From positions 1-35,424 of IMG/VR virus record IMGVR_UViG_3300020045_006383: a stretch of DNA of 35,424 nt; one strand, given 5' to 3'. This document shows positions 17,204 through 24,657 of the stretch, piece by piece. The DNA is from a virus (lineage: Duplodnaviria; Caudoviricetes). The position numbers and the translations under genes are program-made. The notes below the pieces were generated by a model, which was not told where the DNA came from, did no database searches, and saw only the letters and a program-made list of their open reading frames with translations. The stretch's first letter is position 1; each line of letters opens with the position of its first letter.

Positions 17204-17260
17204 GATATATACAGTAAATCAATTTTATGCTATACTAAAAAACAAGGAGATATATACAGT
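17204..17260 (+). promoter_or_regulatory. Promoter of the RHH gene flanked by a 12-bp direct repeat (candidate operators)
   Basis: Extended -10 TGcTATACT (17228-17236); GATATATACAGT at 17204-17215 and 17249-17260. Confidence 0.6.
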
Positions 17261-17519
17261 GAAAAACAAAACCCCAAAGATCAAGCGTACACGTTATCCA
17301 ATCTTTCCCATGCGTTTGCGTCCAGACGACCGCGCGGCCAGTCAGGCAGTTATTGACACATACGGTCTCAGCGCCATGAGTGATAGTTTCCGCATAGGCG
17401 TCCGGGTCCTGCAAATGCTCAGTCTCACCCCTGAAAAGTTGCGCAAGTTGAATGAGCAGTTTGAGTCCCAGCACCCCGACTCGCTCAAGATCCAGATCCC
17501 CGACTCTTCCAAGCAATAA
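17259..17519 (+). CDS. Ribbon-helix-helix (Arc/CopG-like) DNA-binding protein
   Basis: AAGGAG RBS before GTG at 17259; basic N-terminus, then strand IFPMRL, helix RPDDRAASQAVI, turn YG, helix SDSFRIGV. Confidence 0.65.
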   Translation: MKNKTPKIKRTRYPIFPMRLRPDDRAASQAVIDTYGLSAMSDSFRIGVRVLQMLSLTPEKLRKLNEQFESQHPDSLKIQIPDSSKQ

Positions 17520-17572
17520 AATAGCTCCGTTGTCTCGCTGAAGACGAGAAACGGAGCCTGTAAGGAAGAGTA
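17515..17572 (-). ncRNA. Candidate ~58-nt antisense small RNA
   Basis: Downstream of a minus-strand consensus promoter; hairpin 17524-17557 (GCTCCGTT.TCTCG/CGAGA.AACGGAGC) followed on the minus strand by UAUUUUAUU. Confidence 0.65.
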
Positions 17573-17577
17573 AAATA

Positions 17578-17606
17578 AGTATAGCGTAAGGAAGAGCCGA
17601 TGTCAA
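17578..17606 (-). promoter_or_regulatory. Antisense sigma70-type promoter
   Basis: Minus strand TTGACA (complement of 17601-17606), 17-bp spacer, TATACT (complement of 17578-17583). Confidence 0.75.
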
Positions 17607-17956
17607 CTGATTTTGATTTTAATCTATCGTTATTAACCGCAGACTTAAGCGAAGAAGATACGTTCAGCCAATACGAAGCGCCGAACGTGCTTTCCAAGTA
17701 TGTTTGCGGTGTCTGCTGGGGAGAGTTGCAGATCGTCTTTATTCCAAACGAAGCCAGAGTGATGATTATTTGTCCCGAGCATGGTAGTGTCTGCCATGCT
17801 GGTCGTGTTACCCGTAACACGGTCTCGATCAATTATGAAGTCGCGGCAAATCGGTTTCATCAGGTGATCAGGAATGTAGACGAGTGGAAAATCCTACTTC
17901 CACCTCCCAAAGAACGTAAGTCGGTCAATTCCATGCTGGGCGAGCTTGGATTTTAG
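17600..17956 (+). CDS. Hypothetical Zn-ribbon protein
   Basis: CGVCWGEL ... CPEHG motifs; AAGGAAGAG RBS. Confidence 0.7.
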   Translation: MSTDFDFNLSLLTADLSEEDTFSQYEAPNVLSKYVCGVCWGELQIVFIPNEARVMIICPEHGSVCHAGRVTRNTVSINYEVAANRFHQVIRNVDEWKILLPPPKERKSVNSMLGELGF

Positions 17957-17971
17957 TAAAGGAGATCAGTC

Positions 17972-19057
17972 ATGCCAATTACAGACTTAACAGATGCACC
18001 AAGAAGTTATATTAAACTCGGTCAGATCCGCAAAGGGATCAAGAACGAAGACGGCTCCATGAAGGACTTGGATTATTTCCGGGTCACGTTCATGGCACAT
18101 CCAAAGCGTGAGCAGATCGAAAAGGCTTTCCGTGATGCCTATGGCGACAAGCCTCACTCCCTCAATATCAAGTTTGCGTTCCCCACGGTTCGTGAAGTGT
18201 TTGACGCGAATTACGAAGCCTACAAGCAAGGCGGACTCTACTGGAAAGCCGGCTCTACCGCTGAACGTGGTTTATATTGGATTTTCTACCGAGACGCAGA
18301 CACAGCCGAAGTTTTGATCAGCAACGGCATGGCGCGCACAAACGAAGGCGCGGACCTGATGTCAAAGCCAATTGATCTTAACAAATCCCTATACGATACT
18401 CAGGATAAGAGAGGAAACACAGTACCTCATTTTCTCGGTCCAGTTGGTCGGCTTGAAGTGGTTATCCAAGAGTTGGCCGGTATCGCAGTTGGATACTTCG
18501 AGTTTCGTCCAGAGTCGCCGCGCGATATTCGTAACCTGTCGGTTGAATTGGGCACGTATGAATTTATGGCATCCCAGTTCGGGAAGTCATTGCTCGGTAT
18601 CCCATTCAAGTTGTTCCGGCGTGAAGAGACGGTTCCCAAAAAGATCGGCAACAAGTTATCACAGGGTCAGTCTTGGGTGGTCCACATCGAAGCGTCAGCG
18701 GAATGGAACCAGAAGGCGCTGGGTCTGATTGAAACGATGGCTCTGCCTGAAATCGTGGAAGGCGAGACCATTGAAATGCTTGGTCCCAGTGACTTGGGTA
18801 GTACGGTTTCAGATCATGTGAAAGCCAGTGATCCAACTCCACCCCCTGTAGTGGAAGAGCCGGTCAAGAAAGTTGTTGAAGAAGACCCGCTGGTAGACCT
18901 ACTTGGTATGTGGTGTGTAGACTATTGCAGATCCAATTGGAATTGCACAGCACAAGAAGCGGTGGAAGCTCTTATGAAAAAGTTTGGTTCAGGCAAAAAG
19001 GTCAAGAAGTCAGAGTTCTTGGCAATATTCTATCCACCAGAAGGTGAGCAGAAATGA
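17972..19057 (+). CDS. Gp3-like (recombination directionality factor-like) phage recombination/replication protein
   Basis: AAGGAG RBS; N-terminal LGQIRKG.K......LDYF, GRLEVVI.EL, L.GIPF.L.RR motifs recalled for the phiC31 gp3-like family. Confidence 0.65.
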   Translation: MPITDLTDAPRSYIKLGQIRKGIKNEDGSMKDLDYFRVTFMAHPKREQIEKAFRDAYGDKPHSLNIKFAFPTVREVFDANYEAYKQGGLYWKAGSTAERGLYWIFYRDADTAEVLISNGMARTNEGADLMSKPIDLNKSLYDTQDKRGNTVPHFLGPVGRLEVVIQELAGIAVGYFEFRPESPRDIRNLSVELGTYEFMASQFGKSLLGIPFKLFRREETVPKKIGNKLSQGQSWVVHIEASAEWNQKALGLIETMALPEIVEGETIEMLGPSDLGSTVSDHVKASDPTPPPVVEEPVKKVVEEDPLVDLLGMWCVDYCRSNWNCTAQEAVEALMKKFGSGKKVKKSEFLAIFYPPEGEQK

Positions 19058-19704
19058 GGAAGCGTATGATTGACCCAGCATTTTGGGATGATGCGGAAGT
19101 CGGGAGTCTCAGTATTCCCGCCCGGTTGTTGTTTATCGGATTGATCAGTCACGCAGACGATGAAGGGCGCGGAGTCTCTGATATCCGATCCATCCGTAAA
19201 CAGATGTTTGGCTTCGACATGGACGTGACGGTTGACAATGTTCAGGAATGGCTGAAAGAGATAGGTGACAAGGTTCGCAATGTCCAGTTCTATGAAGCAG
19301 AGAGTCGGCAGTATTATTGCCTGATGAATTGGTCGCGCTATCAGAAGATTTCACACCCTAGTCCATCATCCCTACCGGGTCCCGATGGTAAAAGCGGTGG
19401 TGGCTCAGTAGGTGGCGAAAAGTCCAATATATTCAAAGCCTACGAAGAGAATATAGGTCCGCTCACTCCCATGATGGCTGATATTCTCAGGGACGCTGAG
19501 AAGTCGTATCCAGAGAAATACATTCTCGACTCGTTTCAAGAAGCGGTAAAAAACAAAGTCAGGAAGTGGCCGTATTGCGAGACCATCATTCAGCGCTGGA
19601 TGGAAGAAGGTCAGGGTGATAAAAAGCCGACGAAGGAAAGTAAAGCGGCTGAGAAGTCCAAAAACAATCGAGCGGTCATTGCCGGCGCATTAAAGGTGAA
19701 TTGA
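19054..19704 (+). CDS. Phage replication initiator with C-terminal DnaD/DnaB_2 domain
   Basis: RKRMIDPAFWDD...ARLLFIGLISHADDEGRG N-domain; IFKAYEENIGPLTP...EAV..K.R.W.Y...I..RW DnaD domain. Confidence 0.88.
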   Translation: MRKRMIDPAFWDDAEVGSLSIPARLLFIGLISHADDEGRGVSDIRSIRKQMFGFDMDVTVDNVQEWLKEIGDKVRNVQFYEAESRQYYCLMNWSRYQKISHPSPSSLPGPDGKSGGGSVGGEKSNIFKAYEENIGPLTPMMADILRDAEKSYPEKYILDSFQEAVKNKVRKWPYCETIIQRWMEEGQGDKKPTKESKAAEKSKNNRAVIAGALKVN

Positions 19705-19705
19705 T

Positions 19706-20323
19706 ATGGCAAGTGATGAATGTATCGCACGAATATTGATGGAGATCGCAGACGCTTATCCATCCTTTGAGTTCACGCCAGAGCGTGTGAAGGTCTGGCA
19801 GAAGTATCTCAAGGATTATGAAGACGATCTTCTGACAGCGGCGCTTGAGTTTTATATCAGTACATCTGACAAAGCCTTCGCCCCGGCAATCCCTGAGATC
19901 AGATCGGCGGCGACACAGTTGAAGATCCAGATTGCCGGCATCCCTACATCCCTTGAAGCGTGGGAGGATGTTCTCAAAGCGCATCCACCGCGCCGGATAT
20001 TGTCCGGTCAGATTGATCCTGAAAGTGGTCTCGAAATGATTCAGGATGATGTTTATATCTTCATCCATCCCATAGTTGAGAAGGTGGCTGTCATGCTTGG
20101 GTGGCCGGGAAAGTTTCCGGTATCCGATGAAGTGAGTGTGGATCGGGCACACTTCGTCAAAGCGTATGACATGGCAATCTCGAAAGCGTCTGTCTTGGAT
20201 CGGCAAATTCCAGAGATCAAGCAGTTCGTTCAAGTTCAGCGTAGTCTGGACGTCCCCATGCTGGATGTTGATACAGACGCTCGTATGAAAAAACTTACAG
20301 CCAGAATGGAGCAGAAGAAATGA
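19706..20323 (+). CDS. Replicative helicase loader/inhibitor (G39P-like N-domain)
   Basis: I..AYP.F......VW...L.DY......A.......KFAP.I.EIR-type pattern; follows the initiator. Confidence 0.75.
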   Translation: MASDECIARILMEIADAYPSFEFTPERVKVWQKYLKDYEDDLLTAALEFYISTSDKAFAPAIPEIRSAATQLKIQIAGIPTSLEAWEDVLKAHPPRRILSGQIDPESGLEMIQDDVYIFIHPIVEKVAVMLGWPGKFPVSDEVSVDRAHFVKAYDMAISKASVLDRQIPEIKQFVQVQRSLDVPMLDVDTDARMKKLTARMEQKK

Positions 20324-20526
20324 GCAAAGAAGAGCTTAAGCAGGCATTTGAATGGTGCCAAAAGAACGGCAACGCAGAGGATTGGGATTTACTGGCGATT
20401 GCCTATTACTCAGCCGGGTATCTTATGAACGCGCTGGCATATTTCAAGAAGGCGGATGAAATGCGCGCCAACCTTGCCGTCACCTTAAAGAACCCTGAGC
20501 CCCTTGACGTTGGTATATACACCTGA
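20320..20526 (+). CDS. Small TPR-like helical protein
   Basis: AEDWDLLAIAYYSAGYLMNALAYFKKA resembles a single TPR; its C-terminus is encoded by repeat copy 2. Confidence 0.55.
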   Translation: MSKEELKQAFEWCQKNGNAEDWDLLAIAYYSAGYLMNALAYFKKADEMRANLAVTLKNPEPLDVGIYT

Positions 20527-20566
20527 TAAAATCACCTTATCAAATCAAATAGGAGCAGATCATGAA
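20470..20566 (+). repeat. 97-bp direct repeat, copy 2 (promoter + RBS + ATG unit)
   Basis: TTGACG (20504)-17-TAAAAT (20527), AGGAG RBS, ATG at 20562; 8 mismatches versus copy 1. Confidence 0.95.
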
Positions 20567-20990
20567 TAAAGGTTTTATGAAAGGTCAGTTGATCGAACAC
20601 AATTTTAGCAAGGAAATAGGCGAAGTTCTTGGACCTTCCCCATTTTCCAATATGGTGCAGGTCAAGATCAGCGGCACCGATCAGGTTGAAAGCTGGGAGA
20701 TACGCAACTCCACTTCATTCCTGCCAGACGAGCAGGATGAGAATATCTTGTTTTTCCAGAACGAGTTGACCAAGATCGTGAATGGCGAGTTCCAGTCAGT
20801 CACCCGCATTGAGGAAAGCGATCAATCAGAAGTGGTTATCACCTTCAAAGATCGCCCCGATCTCAATATGGCGCGTAATGTAGATCAAGCGATTCAGCGT
20901 CAGTTCGGCGTTTCTTGGAAAATGTGGCTTCACACGCACAGTGGAATTTACGAATTGCATGTTTTGTATTGGGAGGATCGCCATGAGTGA
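20562..20990 (+). CDS. Hypothetical protein
   Basis: Promoter and RBS supplied by repeat copy 2; 142 aa. Confidence 0.7.
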   Translation: MNKGFMKGQLIEHNFSKEIGEVLGPSPFSNMVQVKISGTDQVESWEIRNSTSFLPDEQDENILFFQNELTKIVNGEFQSVTRIEESDQSEVVITFKDRPDLNMARNVDQAIQRQFGVSWKMWLHTHSGIYELHVLYWEDRHE

Positions 20991-21444
20991 TCTTAGTATG
21001 TTTTCCTCACGTGCTCAATCAAGCTGGGAAAGTATCCCCATTGGTAGTGCTCCGTATGCGGAAGAGACTGTGCAGGTTGATCCCAAAGTAGATTACATGC
21101 CTGCTATGAAAGCTGAGTTGAAGCGTTTCAAGGAATTACTTGAAGAAACCTTCCCAGTCCCCGAAGGTGTAGGCGTCCGTTTCAAGATCGAGTGGAATAG
21201 TCACGATTTTGGCAGATACGGTGAAGTTGTTGTGATGTATGACGCAGACGATGAAGCGGCTCTTGACTTTGCTTTATTGGTCGAGTCGGGCGCTCCCCAG
21301 TATTGGCCAGAAAACGATCCAGACAAAGTTCCGTCCGCTCCGTCAGCCCAGTTTGCGGCTCTTATACAAGAAGAGCATGAGAGATTAAATTCAACTACGT
21401 CCGTTGTTGATAGCGAAGTAGAAGAGGATGGATCAGATGGGTGA
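20983..21444 (+). CDS. Hypothetical acidic protein
   Basis: GGAGG RBS before ATG at 20983; HDFG.Y.EV.V.YD motif. Confidence 0.7.
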   Translation: MSDLSMFSSRAQSSWESIPIGSAPYAEETVQVDPKVDYMPAMKAELKRFKELLEETFPVPEGVGVRFKIEWNSHDFGRYGEVVVMYDADDEAALDFALLVESGAPQYWPENDPDKVPSAPSAQFAALIQEEHERLNSTTSVVDSEVEEDGSDG

Positions 21445-22273
21445 TATTTCTAAAATTGACTGGTGCGATAGCACATTTAACTACTGGATCGGATGTACTA
21501 AAGCGTCCCCCGGTTGCCAGAATTGTTATGCTGAAACGCTCATGCAGGATCAGTATAAAAAGGCGCAGTGGGGTACTACCTCCCAGCGCGTGTTAACTTC
21601 TGACCATAACCTTTCCATTCCTTCCCGTTGGAATAGCCAGTTGTTCTGTGAGTGCCCTGCATGCGGTTGGCGCGGTCGTTATCCATCCCAAACCCGCCGA
21701 TGTGTGGAGTGTAATGCGGACATGATAACCCGCACCCCAGCCCGGCGCAGAGTCTTCGCTCATAGCATGAGTGATGTATTTGAGAAGCGTGACGATCTGC
21801 TTGAATGGCAGTTGGCAGAGATCAAGATGTGGAAGGATACCGAGCGTCTGGATTGGATCGTGCTTACCAAGCACCCTGATAAGATGTTGGAAATGTGCCC
21901 ACCCGAAGGCTATCCGTACAACGTCGCTACTGGCACGTCGGTAGAAAGTCAAGAGTGGGCAGAGAAACGTATCCCCACACTATTACAGGTCAAGTCAACG
22001 ATCAAGTTTCTGTCAGTTGAGCCGATGCTTGGTCCCGTTGATCTCACTCCGTGGTTGTCTGGTTTACAGTGGGTGATCTGTGGTGCGGAGAGTGGTAATC
22101 AGCGGCGTCCCTTCCAAGTTGAGTGGGCGGTTGATCTGTATTCTCAATGCCAGAAAGCCAAGGTCAAATTTTTCATGAAGCAAGGTTCAGCGTTCAAGCC
22201 CGGTCAGCAGGGTCTGGTCCCTGATTATTTGTGGGAAGTAAAAGAGTTCCCGCAGTTCAGTGGTGGCTCATGA
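21437..22273 (+). CDS. DUF5131 / phage Gp37-Gp68 family protein with a Zn-ribbon insertion
   Basis: SKIDWCDSTFN.W.GCTK.SPGC.NCYA, VFAHSMSDVF, LTKHP, FLSVEPMLG, WVICGAESG, FFMKQ; extra CPAC...CVEC insert. Confidence 0.92.
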   Translation: MGDISKIDWCDSTFNYWIGCTKASPGCQNCYAETLMQDQYKKAQWGTTSQRVLTSDHNLSIPSRWNSQLFCECPACGWRGRYPSQTRRCVECNADMITRTPARRRVFAHSMSDVFEKRDDLLEWQLAEIKMWKDTERLDWIVLTKHPDKMLEMCPPEGYPYNVATGTSVESQEWAEKRIPTLLQVKSTIKFLSVEPMLGPVDLTPWLSGLQWVICGAESGNQRRPFQVEWAVDLYSQCQKAKVKFFMKQGSAFKPGQQGLVPDYLWEVKEFPQFSGGS

Positions 22274-22818
22274 TCAAGACCTATAATATAGACGCTTGGA
22301 AACACATTGCAGGGATGCCAGATAAAAGCGTTGGCACCATCATTACGGACCCTATGTACGATGCTGTTATGGACATGAATGAATTAAGGCGTATTTGTGT
22401 CGGTACAATTATTATGTTTTGTGCCGAAGGAAAGCCGTTTTTCAAGCCAGATAAGTATGCTTATTGGGTCAAGCCTATATCCACCAAGAATTACTCAAAG
22501 AATTTAGGTAGTTTTGTGGAGTGGATCATCATAGAAAAACACGGCAACTATCACAACCCGAATTTATACTGGGCAAACTATACAGGCGTGTACCATGACG
22601 TTTTGCTTAGAAAGCAAAAGCACCCGTTTGAAAAACCGATCTCTCTGCTTGAGCGATTAGTTTCCATCTTCACTATTCCGGGTTCCACAGTTTTCGATCC
22701 GTTCTTTGGTAGCGGTTCCACTCTGGTAGCGGCTGATAATCTCGGCAGAAACGCTGTTGGTTGCGAAGTTGACGAAAAGCATTATTCAGATTTTGTTTCC
22801 AGTTTGGGTAAAAAGTGA
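22270..22818 (+). CDS. Compact N6-adenine/N4-cytosine DNA methyltransferase (beta class)
   Basis: IITDPMY (DPPY-like) near the N-terminus; HPFEKP..L..R; VFDPFFGSGST SAM-binding motif; ATG at 22270. Confidence 0.88.
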   Translation: MIKTYNIDAWKHIAGMPDKSVGTIITDPMYDAVMDMNELRRICVGTIIMFCAEGKPFFKPDKYAYWVKPISTKNYSKNLGSFVEWIIIEKHGNYHNPNLYWANYTGVYHDVLLRKQKHPFEKPISLLERLVSIFTIPGSTVFDPFFGSGSTLVAADNLGRNAVGCEVDEKHYSDFVSSLGKK

Positions 22819-23201
22819 ACGTCCTCGATCCATTCCGGTCACAGGAAGAGCGGTTCTTTTGGAGTATGGTTCCCACCATACCCCAAATCATCCCGGCGTT
22901 TGATGGGTACAGTTTGATCAGCGCGTGTTATGAGCCGTTCTCGCTCAAGCTGGGAGCCGGCGTTTACACCCCGGACTTTTTACTCTACCTATCCACCGGA
23001 GTCGGTAATCTCGTCGTTTTATTCGAGATCAAAGGGTCTAAGAAGCAGAAAGGATACAGAGAAACGCGCGCAAAGCTGAGAGAAGCCACGGCTCTGTATC
23101 CCATGTTTGTGTTTTATGAAGTGATCGTTCGTAGAAGTTCGTTTGAGTCGTTTGAATTGATCTCAGCCCCGCCTTTCCCGTATCTGTGGCAAGGTCAATG
23201 A
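22815..23201 (+). CDS. PD-(D/E)xK nuclease-like protein (DUF1064-like)
   Basis: FRSQEE, YTPDF, FEIKG motifs. Confidence 0.75.
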   Translation: MNVLDPFRSQEERFFWSMVPTIPQIIPAFDGYSLISACYEPFSLKLGAGVYTPDFLLYLSTGVGNLVVLFEIKGSKKQKGYRETRAKLREATALYPMFVFYEVIVRRSSFESFELISAPPFPYLWQGQ

Positions 23202-23241
23202 AAATGGCTTTATAAAATTCAAGGCGTTTAAGGAGCGAAAT

Positions 23242-23391
23242 ATGAATGAGTTTTACTGCACGATCTGTAGTAAGTGGTTTCAAGGGACATGAATGAAAGC
23301 CTTTGAAGCCGGCTGGGTTTACAAGAAAATCAAAGGCATAGAGCATACCCTGTGCCCCGATCATGCCAATGAAGTTATTGAGGGAGAATAG
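23242..23391 (+). pseudogene. Small Zn-finger gene with an in-frame TGA at 23290-23292
   Basis: AAGGAG RBS; MNEFYCTICSKWFQGT*MKAFEAGWVYKKIKGIEHTLCPDHANEVIEGE, with CxxC and CPxH halves on either side of the stop. Confidence 0.6.
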
Positions 23392-23393
23392 CC

Positions 23394-23681
23394 ATGAGAC
23401 GGATCAATAACAGCCAAGCGCGAAAAAACAGAACGAAGATATCAGCGGCTCTCAGAGAGATACAGGCCGACATCATAAATCCACCAGACCGGCATGTGGC
23501 TCTTGAACAGATCAAAAATGCCATGGAAGACCGTGAAGCATATTACAACTGGTTCAATGAAATATACAAACTAAAATCTGCCGGCTTGATTTCAGAATAC
23601 GAAGCGGCTATCACTCAGAAACTGGCAGAAGTTCAAGAAGTGGATGTATGTATTTGCGCTAATCAGCCAACAGAGATATAA
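23394..23681 (+). CDS. Hypothetical helical protein
   Basis: GGGAG RBS; 95 aa; last gene of the early region. Confidence 0.65.
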   Translation: MRRINNSQARKNRTKISAALREIQADIINPPDRHVALEQIKNAMEDREAYYNWFNEIYKLKSAGLISEYEAAITQKLAEVQEVDVCICANQPTEI

Positions 23682-23728
23682 TCGCGGCGTTACCATCTTC
23701 TGCTCCGTTGATGATAATGCCTTGATAC

Positions 23729-23762
23729 CCAACGCCCTGAGAAATCAGGGCGTTGGTGTTTT
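23729..23762 (+). terminator. Intrinsic terminator between early and packaging regions
   Basis: Perfect 12-bp stem CCAACGCCCTGA-GAAA-TCAGGGCGTTGG followed by TGTTTT. Confidence 0.75.
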
Positions 23763-23810
23763 AACGAGTGTAACGCCATTTCCGATGTGTTTTGGGTATA
23801 TAATGTGAAT

Positions 23811-24095
23811 ATGAGCGACAAGAACACTAAGAATGCAGAGAAGATTATTTTTTCCGCCAGTGTTGGTAAAGTGACGGTGGCAGGGGATGGGCGTGTAAGT
23901 GTTACTTTCGTGTTTTTAGAGGGAAAAGATACGAGGGAAATATCGAAATTATTAGAAGTTAAACAGCAAGGCAGTTCATTGAAAGTATCAGCCACAACTA
24001 TAAAGAAGGTAGTTAATGCCAAAGAAGAAACCATTACCGGTTCCAGAACCAGAAAACGAAGAAAACAACGATACCCCTATACTCACAGCGGATGA
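23811..24095 (+). CDS. Hypothetical basic protein upstream of terminase (possibly leaderless)
   Basis: ATG at 23811 lies 6 nt after TATAAT (23799-23804), with no SD sequence. Confidence 0.55.
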   Translation: MSDKNTKNAEKIIFSASVGKVTVAGDGRVSVTFVFLEGKDTREISKLLEVKQQGSSLKVSATTIKKVVNAKEETITGSRTRKRRKQRYPYTHSG

Positions 24096-24657
24096 GGCGG
24101 CTTTTATTGACGCTTATTTCAGGCTTGGGTTCAATGGAACCCAAGCGTATTTGTCATTTCATGAAAATTGTACATACCAATCGGCGCGCGCTAGTGCTTC
24201 GCGCTTGTTAGCAAAAGATAACATTCGTAGCGAGATCAAGGGACGGTTAGACGAAAGAGCCATGGGTGCGGGAGAAGCTCTGGCGCTCATGGCTGATATT
24301 GCACGTGGGTCTCATAAACCATTTTTGAGATACGGAGAGGATGGGTTTCCGTATTTCAACCTTTCAGACCCCGAGGCCCAAGCCAGTTTACATATTATCA
24401 AAAAGATAAAATCAAAGCGTGAGCGTAGGGTTGAAGGGGAAGGCGAGGGTATTGAAGAGTGGGAAGGCGAGTGGTTTGAAGTTGAACTATACGACTCTCA
24501 GGCGGCGCTTAGAGATATTCTAAAGATGCACGGCAAATTCGTAGATAAAGTGGATTTGACCAGTGGAGGAAAGGTTATTCAAAACCCTGAGATTGTCAAC
24601 CGAGCAATCTCTACTCTGGCACTGGCTATTAAAGATTTGATACCAAAGGACGAATGA
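24016..24657 (+). CDS. terS: Terminase small subunit
   Basis: LT..E..FIDAY....FNGTQAY.......SARASASRLL...NI; ELYDSQAAL..I.K.HG.F; directly upstream of TerL. Confidence 0.9.
   Translation: MPKKKPLPVPEPENEENNDTPILTADEAAFIDAYFRLGFNGTQAYLSFHENCTYQSARASASRLLAKDNIRSEIKGRLDERAMGAGEALALMADIARGSHKPFLRYGEDGFPYFNLSDPEAQASLHIIKKIKSKRERRVEGEGEGIEEWEGEWFEVELYDSQAALRDILKMHGKFVDKVDLTSGGKVIQNPEIVNRAISTLALAIKDLIPKDE

Larger units (their letters stand above)
16119..17205 (+). pseudogene. parB: ParB/Spo0J-family gene split by an inserted cassette (N-part 16119-16616, C-part 16909-17205)
   Basis: SVRRFGIIQPVLL...LAGRRR ParB N-domain and HTH (EEIMSALGLSSERIDKLLKL). Joining 16616 to 16909 gives in-frame LPEDMLDAVQSRK-VAMSTAQTLSKMSEPYQKKAI, the usual ParB post-HTH helices, 264 aa in total. 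Confidence 0.85.

Noticed and set aside
23290-23292. Genome-wide TGA recoding or selenocysteine
   Set aside because: Many genes end in TGA with ATGA coupling to the next gene, so TGA is a normal stop, and this TGA is not at a Cys ligand position of the Zn finger.
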